Assembly (NCBI GenBank): GCA_963514005.1
Contig: OY740783.1
Coordinates: 64,790,001-64,854,000 of the forward strand
DNA length: 64,000 nucleotides
DNA from: Raja brachyura
Lineage: Eukaryota
Direction of reading: 5' to 3'
Of this stretch, positions 1 through 12,313 are shown piece after piece; position 1 is the stretch's first letter, and the number at the start of each line of letters is the position of its first letter. A program made the position numbers and the translations under genes. The notes under the pieces are model-generated. The model was not told the DNA's origin and made no database searches. It saw only the letters and a program-made list of their open reading frames with translations.

Positions 1-342
1 GATTGGAGGATGCACAGCAACAGTAACGGAGGCTGTGGCAGTCACGGTAGTGATAGGCTGGCAGTATGTTGGTGCAGAAACACCATTGGCAGCGAATGTT
101 GGATCCCTAGTCCTATGAAAATGTGACCGATAACTCGACTGATCGTTATTGCCGAGTCTGGAATGCCCTTCGTGAGCAGTTTCAAAAGCGTCCATGCGCG
201 GCCTATAAGGAGGTGGTCGAAACTCTTCTCTCGCCTCCAAACCATGGTCCCTGTAATTCCTCCGCGATTGCTGGCGTTTGATGTTCTGTGGAGGGGGCGG
301 CTGAGGTCTTGGTCGATGGAATCTGGACTCCGGCTGAACAAC
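1..342 (-). CDS. PTCH1: PTCH1 exon 23 (partial, runs off the window): VVQPESRFH...FRPPPYRPRMDAFE...YCQPITTVTATASVTVAVHPPI
   Basis: tttcag acceptor (+ strand ct 343-344); 114 codons without a stop to the window edge; C-terminal PPxY motif. Confidence 0.95.
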
Positions 343-1303
343 CTGAAATTAAAGAAAATCATTAATGATACAGAAGTATCCATGATAACATACTGTAACA
401 TTTCGATTATGCTGCACACAAATCACAGCATAATCAGAAATACTTTTGTTCGTTGAAATATTGAGAAAATCCAATTAATTGATTCCAAAGAAATTTAAGT
501 GAAATTAATAGGCAGGGAAGACATTAACTGGCACTACAAGGTGGATCAAGTAAAAAAGTGGACTAAAGGGCTGTTGGTAACACAGCAAGATGGAAATTCC
601 CCAAACAGTTAGTTTTTTGTGTCAAACAATCAAGTTTATGCAACATCAAACCGTGAAAACATATTTTTTTAATTTGGTACTACATCTGGAGAAAGGGGCT
701 ATGACAACAATTGTGGTAATCTTCATAATTGGTAAGCATTGTCCATGTAAACATTATTTACAGATGAAACACATTACATTTGTAAGGAATTTATTAACAT
801 TTTATTTGCAGCTATGATTTATCCACAATGAATGACATTATGACAATAGCAAATAATGCACTTTCATTAGAATTGCTAATGCTTAACTATTGCTGTAAAG
901 ATCAGATAACCAGGATATATGGAACTCATGGATCATTTTCACCTACATCGATAAAACTGATTGTTCAGAAATCGTTATGATTCAGCTTCCAGCTATTTGT
1001 TTCTCACAGCCCCTTTAAACTCACCAGGACATCAGTTCCAGTATTTTTTTTAACCTCACTACTATTCTGAATGCAATGCTTGCTTTGAAATCTGTATCCC
1101 ACAAACCCATCATTCTCACTGTATCCCCATATATGTGCTTCTTGTAAACTCACTGGATTCTTTGGAAAGTTTAGCAATGTCCATGTAAACATGAAAAAAA
1201 AAGTGAATTAAAATTGTGGTGGAATATTAATTGACGTAATATCCACTAGTTTCGAATATGTATCCCTGCACCACCAAACAAAATTTAGAAATACTTCACT
1301 TAC

Positions 1304-1558
1304 TGTAGACCTGGGAAAAACAGGATTTTCAGTCGCTTCCACCATGATTTGGTGGGGTGCTGCAGTAGAACTGAGATTAGATTCATAATGCTTAAATTCT
1401 TCATTAATCCCAGAAACTGTAGTTTGAGAGCTGAATTCAGAATCTGAAGAATCAGATCCATTATTCCCTTGTTCATTTGGAATTGCAAACCTCACAACTC
1501 GAGGTGGTGGATCTGGTGATGGAGTAGGTAACCTTGTTCTTCCATCGGAAGGTGAGAT
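1304..1558 (-). CDS. PTCH1: PTCH1 exon 22 (255 nt): [19 protein letters not shown]...[17 protein letters not shown]...[13 protein letters not shown]
   Basis: Overlaps ORF 1208..1495; catag acceptor, GTAAGT donor. Confidence 0.96.
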
Positions 1559-1817
1559 CTATGGACAAATGTGTGAAGAATGATTAGAATCACTGGGAGT
1601 TCATATCTTTACTATAGCTGGTTTCAGTGAGGTGACAGACCAAAAATCTTGGGATGGGCTTGGCTTTAGAGTAGGACAATCGCAAGCTTAACATGATAAA
1701 GTCAAACATGACAATTGACTGCCACATCAATTATGTACCAAGTATGCTCTAGTTTGTAAAGCAATGATTTTACAGCATGGACAATACAGATAATGCCACT
1801 ATTATTGAAATTCATCA

Positions 1818-2051
<234 letters not shown>

Positions 2052-3419
2052 TCATAGCAATTATTTATCTTTCACATCAGAGGCTATTTCCTACAACAAG
2101 TGTTAGTTGATCAAAAAAAGAGATTATATTAGTTTGTTAATTGTACTAACACTTTGACTGTTATTCATGAAGTTTGTTATACACACAGAAAAATATGGAA
2201 TGTGGAATGAATTACTAAACAGGTTCTTACAACATGCACAATGCGAGGGGCCCCCATTACCTTAACCTCAGCAAAAGAGTGTAGAATTTAAACAATTTAG
2301 ACTAGAGGCAGGGGGAAGCAAACACTCAGCCAGCTAATCCATTTGCATCTCACAAAAGAATCACTACAATTAAATTTGTAGTGTATCATCTAACAATAAT
2401 AATCAAACCTTTTTGCCACACCACTCAGAGAAGCCGAGTTGTTGTTTTCCCAAATAGTTAAATCCAATATAGAGCATGAATCAGGGCTCTGATGTAAAAT
2501 GCTACTAATTTTATAGCAGCTTCTAACATTGTATTTCATAAGATTATTTCACAATTTCAGTTCACAATAGCATCATTGCACTGCAAAATATATATTTTCT
2601 GAGGTACAACTTGCCCTCTATATATATCCTGTTTTGCATTAAGTATCTCAAATTTGCAAGTGTGTAACTGGCTATCCATTCAACTTCTTAAGGTCAAGAA
2701 ATGGAAAGGTAACCTTTTAATCAAAAGTGAATATATTACTAGCTGGTATTCAATCTATCTGGGAGAAGGCTTGTGGATATATGTATGGGTAAAGACTTCA
2801 TGGCTAAGGTTTTAAAGGACATGAATAACAATCCATCTAATATCTTGTACAGAAGCACAGTTATATTACTATACTTAAACATAACTCTCTTAAAAAATTA
2901 AAGAATACACAAGTGACAGTCAACACGGCTTTAAAACGAATGTCATCCATTTGTGATTTTGTTTGCAAAGTGTGAACTTTGTCACTATAACCCAATATAA
3001 GCAAGTAAGTTTTCTTATCACACAAAGAGCAATATGTTATAGACCATTTTGATCCACTGTTTTACAATGGAGCAAACGAGATTTTACATCTGTTCACTTC
3101 AAATGTATTGCAAATTTTAAGCCAACATTCTCATTTAGTTTAATGGCTGCCCTAGTTTGACAACTGGCTGAATCGGTTATTGGGCCCCATCTGCAGCCTT
3201 GCATCTATATCCTGTGTTTATTTAATATTTCACTTATATAAATATGCATAGACCAAGCTACATTTTGCTGTAGCTAATTTAAACAAAGTCCCAAAGCTTA
3301 ACAGGCTACTCTCTTTAAAACAAATAAACTACAAAATGTAACCGAGGTGTCAATTTAATCTATAATTGCAAAATAGGCTCCAACTCCCTAGCATGTCCAT
3401 TACAGAACTGAACCATATA

Positions 3420-3465
3420 CAGTAAAACTCCGATAATCTGCTATCTGACTATTCGGAACTCCCAA
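3420..3465 (+). mobile_element. Probable single terminal repeat of a Tc1/mariner-pogo (Tigger-like) MITE remnant
   Basis: TA followed by CAGTAAAACTCCGATAATC resembles Tigger-type TIR starts; no partner TIR found. Confidence 0.35.
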
Positions 3466-3509
3466 AGGTTTGTCATCTGTCTCACCAAATGATGTTTGCT
3501 GTGCTCCAA

Positions 3510-3743
3510 CAGCAATGTTTGCTGGGGACTTCAATAAGGCAAACCTAAATAAATCACTCCCCAACTTCCACCAACATGTCTCCTGCTCCACCAGAGGACC
3601 AAACACCCTCGACCACTGCTACACCACCATCATGAATGCCTACCGCTCTATCCCTCGCTTCAGTAAATCCGACCATACTTCTTCCTGCCTACAGGCAGCA
3701 ATTAAAGAGCGCACCCCGGAGGCGAGGACAGTACAGAGCTGGT

Positions 3744-3778
<35 letters not shown>

Positions 3779-4773
3779 AGGAACAACTACAGGACTGTTT
3801 GGCGTCTGTAGACTGGGCAATGTTCAAGGACTCGGCCACGGACTTGAATGAATACGCCACAGTTGTTGCAGACTTCATTAAGAAATGTGTGGAGGACTGC
3901 ATCCCCACCAAAACCTTCCCAGTGTTTCCCAATCAGAAACCTTGGATGAACTGTGAGATCCGCACTCTTCTGAAGACCAGGCACCGGGCATTCATGTCTG
4001 ATGATACAGTGGTGTACACGAAGTTCAGAAACGACCTTGGTAAGGCCATCAAAAAGGCCAAAAGGGAGTTCTGCTCCAAGCTGGAGGATGAGACAGATGT
4101 TCGGCAGCTGTAGCGGGGACTGGATGCAATCATCTCCTACAAGGCAAAACCAAGGGGCAGCTCGGATGTCGGCGATACATCACTCCCTGATGAGCTCAAT
4201 GCGTTTTACGCACGCTTTGATGTGCCTTCCCGAGCCCCCATTCGCCGTATTTCAGTCTCAGTCACAGAGGCCGACGTCAGGAAATCTTTCAGAGGGGTGA
4301 ACCCTCGAAAAGCGTCTGGACCCAATGGTATACCTGGTCGTGTTCTAAAAACCTGTGCGAACCAGCTGGCTGGAATTTTTTACGGACATTTTCAACCTGT
4401 CACTTCTGAGGTCTGAGGTTCCCACTTGCTTCAAAAGGGCATCCATAATACCGGTGCCCAAGAAGAGCAAGGTGACATGCCTCAATGACCATCGACCAGT
4501 GGCACTAACGCCTGTGGTGATGAAGTGCTTTGAGAGGTTGATCATGGCGAAAATCAACTCCTACCTCGACAAAAACCTGGACCCACTGCAGTGCCACAAC
4601 AGATCAACGGTGGATGCGATCTCGCTGGCCCTCCACTCCGCTCTGGACCACTTGGACAACAAAAAACTCATATGTCAGGCTGTTATTCATCGATTACAGC
4701 TCGGCATTTAACACAATCATCCCCTCCATAGCTGGTTACCAAACTCGCAGAACTGGGTCTCTGCACATCCTCT
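3510..4773 (+). mobile_element. Rex1/Babar-type LINE, 5' part (APE endonuclease end, linker, start of RT), frameshifted
   Basis: ORF fragments GDFNKANL...[38 protein letters not shown]...[30 protein letters not shown]. Confidence 0.85.
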
Positions 4774-7380
4774 ACACGGAACTGAGAAGTGGGAAAGGTG
4801 TAGCAACACTTATAGGGGTATATTATAGACCGCCAAATGGGGAACGAGAATTGGAAGAGCAAATATGTAAAGAGATAGCAGATATTAGTAGTAAGCACAA
4901 GGTAGTGATTGTGGGAGATTTCAACTTTCCACACATAGACTGGGAAACACATTCTGTAAATGGGCTGGATGGTTTGGAGTTTGTAAAATGTGTGCAGGAT
5001 AGTTTTTTGCACTAATACATAGAGGTGCCTACTAGAGGAGGGGCAGTGCTGGACCTCCTGTTAGGAAATGAGACGGGACAGGTGGCGGAGGTATGCGTTG
5101 GGGAGCACTTCAGGTCCAGTGATCACAATACCATTAGTTTCAATATAATTATGGAGAAGGACAGAACTGGGCCTAGGGTTGAGATTTTTGATTGGAGAAA
5201 GGCTAACTTTAACGAGATGCGAGATGATTTAAAAGGAGTGAACTGGGACATTTTGTTTTATGGGAAAAATGTAGAGGAGAAATGGAGGACATTTAAAGGG
5301 GAAATTTTAAGAGTACAGAATCTTTATGTTCCTGTTCGGTTGAAAGGAACCAGTAAAAATTGGAAAGAGCCCTGGTTTTCAAGGGAAATTGGACATCTTG
5401 TTCGGAAAAAGAGGGAGATCTACAATAATTATAGGCAGCATGAAGTAAATGAGGTGCTTGAGGAGTATAAGGAATGTAAAAAGAACCTTAAGAAAGAAAT
5501 TAGAAAAGCTAAAATAAGATGTGAGGTTGCTTTGGCAAGTAAGGTGAAAGTAAATCCAAAGGGTTTCTACAGCTATATTAATAGCAAAAGGATAACAAGG
5601 GATAAAATTGGTCCATTGGAGAGACCGAGTGGACAGCTATCTGCAGAGCCAAAAGAGATGGGGGAGATATTGAACATTTCTTTTCTTCGGTATTCACCAA
5701 GGAAAAGGATATTGAATTATGTGAGGTAAGGGAAACTAGTAGAGTAGCTATCGATACCTTGAGTTTCAAAGTAAAAGAAGTACTGACACTTTTGAAAAAT
5801 ATAAAAGTGGATAAGTCTCCAGGTCCTGACAGGATATTCCCTAGGTCATTGAGGGAAGTTAGTGTAGAAATAGCTGGGGCTATGACAGAAATATTTCAAA
5901 TGTCATTAGAAACGGGAATAGTCCCCGAGGATTGGCGTACTGCGCATGTTCTTCCATTGTTTAAAAAGGGTTCTAAAAGTAAACCTAGCAATTATAGACC
6001 GGTTAATTTGACTTCAGTGGTGGGCAAATTAATGGAAAAGATACTTAGAGATAATATATATATGTATCTGGATAAAGAGGGTCTAATTAGGAACAGTCAA
6101 CATGGATTTATGCCTGGAAGGTCATGTTTGACTAATCTTCTTGAATTTTTTGAAGAGGTTACTAGGGAAATTGACGAGGATAAAGCAGTGGATGTTGTCT
6201 ATGTGGACTTCAGTAAGGCCTTTGACAAGGTTCCTCATGGAAGGTTGGTTAAGAAGGTTCAACTGTTGGGTATAAATGCAGGAATAGCAAGATGGATTCA
6301 ACAGTGGCTGAATGGGAGAAGCCAGAGGGTAATGGTGGATGGCTGTTTGTCGGGTTGGAGGCAGGTGACTAGTGGGGTGCCTCAGGGATCTGTGTTGGGT
6401 CCTTTGTTGTTTATCATGTACATCAATGATCTGGATGAAGGGGTGGTAAATTGGATTAGTAAGTATGCAGATGATACCAATACCAATATTGTGGATAATG
6501 AAGAGGATTTCCAAAGTCTACAGAGTGATTTAGGCCAGTTGGAAAAATGAACTGAAAGATGGCAGATGGAGTTTAATGCTAATAAATGTGAGGTGCTACA
6601 CCTTGGCAGGACAAATCAAAATAGGACGTACATGGTAAACGGTAGGGAATTGAAGAATACAGTTGAACAGAGGGATCTGGGAATAACCGTGCATAGTTCC
6701 TTGAAGGTGGAATCTCATATAGATAGGGTGGTAAAGAAAGCATGTGGTATGCTAGCCTTTATAAATCAGAGCATTGAGTATAGAAGCTGGGATGTAATGT
6801 TAAAATTGTACAAGGCATTGGTGAGATCAAATCTGGAGTACGGTATACAATTTTGGTCGCCCAATTATAGGAAGGATGTCAACAAAATAGAGAGGGTACA
6901 GAGGAGATTTACTAGAATGTTGCCTGGGTTTCAACAGCTAAGTTACAGAGATAGGTTGAATAAGTTAGGTCTTTATTCTCTGGAGCGCAGAAGGTTAAGG
7001 GGGGGACTTGATAGAGGTCTTTAAAATGATGAGAGGGATAGACAGAGTTGATGTGGACAAGCTTTTCCCTATGAGAATAGGGAAGATTCAAAGAAGAGGA
7101 CATGACTTTAGAATTAAGGGACAGAGGTTTAGGGGTAACATAAGGGGGAACTTCTTTACTCAGAGAGTGGTAGCGGTGTGAAATGAGCTTCCAGTGGAAG
7201 TGGTGGTGGCAGGTTCGTTGGTATCATTTAAAAATAAATTGGATAGGCATATGGATGAGAAGGGTATGGAGGGTTATGGTATGAGGGCAGGCAGGTGGGA
7301 CTGAGGGAAAAAAGTTGTTCGGCATGGACTTGATGGGCCGAGATGGCCTGTTTCCGTGCTGTAATTGTTATATGGTTATA
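4774..7380 (+). mobile_element. CR1 LINE, 5'-truncated ORF2 (APE C-half + RT + C-terminus) with 3' UTR, nested in the Rex1 element
   Basis: GVYYRPP, VGDFNFPHIDW, SDHN, KSPGPD, NYRPVNLTSV, QHGF, DFSKAFDKVPH, GVPQGSVLGP, YADD; few stops or frameshifts; ends in a short GTTATAT-like tandem tail. Confidence 0.93.
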
Positions 7381-8428
7381 CCTCTGCAATTAGATCCTCG
7401 ACTTCCTCATTCACAGACCACAGTCTGTTCGTATTGGTGCAAATGTGTCAGACTCTATAACAATCAGCACGGGAGCACCTCAAGGCTGTGTGCTCATCCC
7501 CCTGCTGTACTCACTCTATACTCATGACTGCATAGCCGGTCATGGTGCAAATTCCATCATCAAGTTCGCTGACAACACCACTGCTGTGGGACGTATCACT
7601 GATGGGGATGAGTCAGAGTATAGAAGAGAGATCGAGCGGCTGTCCATATGGTGCCAGCGCAATAACCTGGCCCTCAACACGAGCAAAACCAAGGAACTGA
7701 TTGTGAACTTTGGAAGGAGTAGGATGGGGACCCAAAGTCCTGTTTATATCAACGGGCCGATGGTTGAAAGGGTCAAGAGCTTCAAATTCCTGGGCGTGCA
7801 CATCTGTGAAGATCTTTCCTGGTCCGAGAACACAGATGCAATTATTAAGAAAACTCATCAGTGCCTCGACTTCCTGAGAAGATTTGCGGAGAGTCGGTCT
7901 GTCAAGGAGGACCCTCTCTAACTTCTACAGGTGCACAGTAGAGAGCTTGCTAACCTGTTGCATCATGGCTTGGTTTGGCAACTTGAGCGCCCTGGAGAGG
8001 AAAAGACTACAAAACGTAGTAAACACTGCAAAGTCCATCATCGGCTCTGACCTTCCTTCCATCGAGGGGATCTATCACAGTCACTGCCTTAAAAAGGCTG
8101 GCAGCCTCATCAAGGACCCACACCACCCTAGCCACACACTCATCTCCCTGCTAGCTTCAGGTAGAAGGTACAGGAGCCTGAGGACTGCAACGACCCAGGA
8201 ACAGCTACTTCCCCACAGCCATCAGGCTATTAAACTTGGCTCGAACAAACCTCTGAGCATTAATACCCCTCCATCTGTTATTTGCACTTTATCAATTTAT
8301 TGAGTCATGTGTGTATTCACGTATATAATTGTAGTCAATGCCTACTATGTTCTGTTGTGCTATGCAAAGAAAGAATTTCATTGTCCTATCAGGGACACAT
8401 GACAATAAACTCTTTTGACTTTTTGACT
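7381..8428 (+). mobile_element. Rex1/Babar-type LINE, 3' part (RT C-half, 3' UTR, AATAAA and TTTTGAC repeat tail)
   Basis: Resumes LCN*ILDFL exactly where the 5' part stops; [35 protein letters not shown]; GACAATAAAC-TCTTTTGACTTTTTGAC end. Confidence 0.85.
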
Positions 8429-8431
8429 CCT

Positions 8432-8526
8432 TTCCAACTTACTGGGGCTCTGGTTCCTGTTCCAGCTCATCGGGACCCTGGTGAGTTGGAAGCAAGCAAA
8501 GGAACCAGAGTCCCAGCGGGTTGGGA
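8432..8526. repeat. ~95-nt imperfect inverted repeat (MITE-like or pre-miRNA-like hairpin)
   Basis: TTCCAACTTACTGGGGCTCTGGTTCCT pairs with AGGAACCAGAGTCCCAGCGGGTTGGGA; inner stem TTCCAGCTCATCGGG/CCTGGTGAGTTGGAA. Confidence 0.75.
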
Positions 8527-8816
8527 TCAATCATTCATTCAATTCCCATTGTTGAAATTATAAAATCACAATAGACTTGGTGTAAAGGTTAAACAGTAAA
8601 TGTGGTAAAATAAATCCCAATCAGGAACCATTATTTACACTTCCATTTTAGAAAATATTTTAACCAGTAAATTATTAGAAAGTAAGGTTAATAGCAAAAC
8701 ATATTTCAGAATGAAACATCACTGACAAAGATTTTAAATGAAATGACCATGCAGCTCATAACGATCATGTGAAGTGCAGAATTTCTGGTACTGAATAGGA
8801 AGAAGATAGTTTCTTA

Positions 8817-8975
<159 letters not shown>

Positions 8976-9955
8976 TCAATGCACTCAGGTGTGGTACTCA
9001 CTGAAGACATTACATCAAAATTTGTAAAGCCATACCCAATAGTTCAGCAGCTGCGGTGATTATGCTTCCTAAAATGAATGCCTCGGGTACTTTTTACCAA
9101 GCAAGTTTCAAAAGAAAAATCGACGCCATTTTTAAAAAACGAAACCCAAAAATCAAAAAATCGACGGGATGAATGGATACAACTTTTCATTGTTTTTATG
9201 GATCTTCTGCAGTAATTACGTCAAATTGTTAGGAGGCTGTTCAACCCCAAAAAAAAACTATGTTACAATAAAATAATGTACATTTGACATTCTGGAACAG
9301 TAAAACAAGATGACAACCAGATACTGACTCCTCAATTGTATCATTTAAAATGTTTCCTTTGCTCACCATAAAATAGAGGGATTATTTAAAATTGATAGTT
9401 ATTTATGATTTCGCTCCGAGTAATAATGTATTAGATGCATTTAACTGCAATGTTCCAGCTGTCTGCATTACTTGGGAGTACTGGAACAACTATTTTTAAA
9501 AAGCTGCTCTCAGCCACGTCTATCCAAATGCAGAAAATGCGTTTAGCAGTCAGATCCTACTGCACTGAATGTACTCCGACTTGCATACTCCTAGAATAAC
9601 AAATTTTGTAGCAATATTTTAAACAGACATGATTTAAAAAAAATTAAAACCCATATCTTTAAATTTAGTGTGGGCATTATTTCATGTTACAATAAAATTA
9701 ATACAAAGTAATTTTTAGAAACGTTTTCCAATGGTGGACTTCCTCAAGGAATATCCCCAAAGAATTACTGACATGCACAGGTTTTCGTCTAATTTACATG
9801 GAGATTCTATCCTAACCTACTTCACAGTCACATCCAAATTAAACAATCATATGTGTTGCCTAAAAATAATCAAAACATTGTTTTTTCTATTAAGAATTTC
9901 TACCCATTGGTAGTTCATTTTTATTCCTGTTAAATCCTGAGAATACAGCAGCTCA

Positions 9956-10174
<219 letters not shown>

Positions 10175-12032
10175 CTAAATGTGGTTTTGAAAAAAATCAA
10201 AATACATTAGCTTGCTATGGTTATTTTTTAATTTGACTGGATCATTCTTTGCACAAAAATGAAGACGCGTACAGTTTTTTTGCTAGTTTCTTCATGAACA
10301 AATTAAGTTTTAAATGTAATTTGAACTGTTTTACAAAGAGCCTCATATTTCTGAGTTTGACAGTTTCTGAGCATTCTTTGCATGAGGCGGCAAGCAAGGC
10401 GCTCACTTTGTAAACACTGTGCCCCTATTTTATACTGGAAATATTTCAGATTTATACATAGCTCTCATTCACCAAGAAATTCACATTTTAGAGCACATTT
10501 AACATGTCAATTCATTAAAGGCAAATCCATTTAAAAAAGACTGCAAATCCATTTAAAAATATTATCGAAGATAATATTAAGGAGGATGATAAAAAATCCT
10601 CCTGGCCATGAGCTTAGAGTTGATGATTTAATATGTGGATTGCAGCTTTGTGGATAAGATGAAGTTATGGAAAGTGGTTAATCTATCTGAAGGGCATTGA
10701 TGGTCGAGTCTGGAGCAAGATAAAACTTGATTTTGTGCCAAAAGCAGATACGCTGAGGTAGAAACAAAGACAATGTTACATTGACGGTTTCTTTCATGGA
10801 AAGGACGTGAAATCAGAAGCACAGAGTAGAATTTTATAGTTTGTAAAATAGTGGTGTCAAAATATATGCAGTAGCTGTTGTAATATCTTTGTACAATACA
10901 CCCATATTGCCGTTGTACAGTATATAAATGAGGAATAGAAATGTGGAGAAAAGAGAGATCTTTCTAGGACTCCAGAGTTGCAGAACAAAGACGATAGTGC
11001 ACAAGATCTTCTGGCTATAACTGAAGATATGTGGTTGGGACCAGGTGACTGTATAAACTTATGACTGAAGGGAGGCAAACAAGGAGGATGCTGTGGTCGC
11101 CTAGGTCAAAGCAGGAACAAGGTTGTGAGCGACAGAGGGAGGCTGTACCATGGTCAGATGATGAGGGTGTGTTTTAGTTACGCGCAGGGGCAAAAACATA
11201 ATTGCAAAGGTTCAGAAAGAGATCTGGATTATTTTAAATACTTTTGCAAAATGCTTTGTAAGTGAAGATGAATCAGGTTGGACTAAAAGCTTCAAAAGAC
11301 AAGAATGCTATTATTGGCTGATGAGTGTCAGATTACCGGAGCCTCTTTGCCTCTTACAAAAATAAATTGGTCTGGTTTGTGTTTAAATTCAACAATTATA
11401 ATTGAGACAAAGCCATGCTTTCTTCCCATCTAGCTATCAAAAAAGAAAATATGTATGCCAATAGAAACAAGAAGATTTGCACAGAATTTCAATGATATTT
11501 CGTAGTGAGGTCAGAATCAAAATGCAAAGTATTTGTCCTTTACGTTCTGACCAACCATTTTATATAAGAGAGCTGCAAAGCTTAGTGTGACATTGCTTTA
11601 CATTTTAATGAAATTACAGGTGATATCCTAAATCGCAGAACACTCCGTCCAACACATTGCATACTAAACATTTCTCTTCATTAAACATACTGGCATATAG
11701 AGCTTGTGACAGTATCAGTTAATTAGCTCACATCTGGTTTTATTAACAGCCTCTAATGCTTTCACCAATTTCCCTCATACCTTAAATTAGTCAAAGCAAG
11801 GGAACATTTCTTTCTTTAGATGACATACTCCTTGCTAAACTTGAAACTAACTAAAGTTTATCTTTCCACTGCTTAAATTTTCACCATCGTCATGTTTCCC
11901 AGCCGAATAAACATCTCATGAATGATGTCACAGGCATACCCCACCAAAGGCCCAGACATAAACAAAACGTTTCCCAATTAAAAAGCTATACCAAAAGGAA
12001 TTCAGCAGTATTAAAGCTCCTTCTAAACTTAC

Positions 12033-12313
12033 AATGATCCCAGCCGTCCAGGGGTTCAAGAGGAAAAGGGCGCACACCAGGAAAGTACAAGCCAAGACCA
12101 CGCTGATGGCGAGCAGCAACCAATGTCGGAGCCCAACGTATTGTTCCCAGAAGAGAAATGGGTATCCGTTCGGATAACTGGCAAGTCCTTGGTTACTGAA
12201 GTTGTTGCATATATTTCTGACTTTTTCAATAGCTTCCACAAAATCCGTTGTTTCACGCAGTATATTGAGGTAGAAAGGAAACTGGGCATATTCAATGGGC
12301 TCAGCTGCTGGAA
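12033..12313 (-). CDS. PTCH1: PTCH1 exon 18 (281 nt): [17 protein letters not shown]...[19 protein letters not shown]...LNPWTAGII
   Basis: Overlaps ORF 11928..12239; tttag acceptor, GTAAGT donor. Confidence 0.97.

Noticed and set aside
42-419. ORF 42..419 (-) as the PTCH1 C-terminus, or an apparent premature stop in exon 23
   Set aside because: It is a shifted frame over exon 23. The true frame from the acceptor at 342 is open to position 1 (YCQPITTVTATASVTVAVHPP), so there is no frameshift.
4614-5015. Chimeric RT-endonuclease ORF
   Set aside because: Accidental read-through across the Rex1/CR1 insertion junction; no start context and it ends at a nonsense mutation.
5025-7024. Reverse-transcriptase ORFs as a retron, DGR, group II intron or other novel RT system
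   Set aside because: The motifs and the APE endonuclease are those of an ordinary CR1 LINE ORF2, with stops and frameshifts, inside a vertebrate intron.
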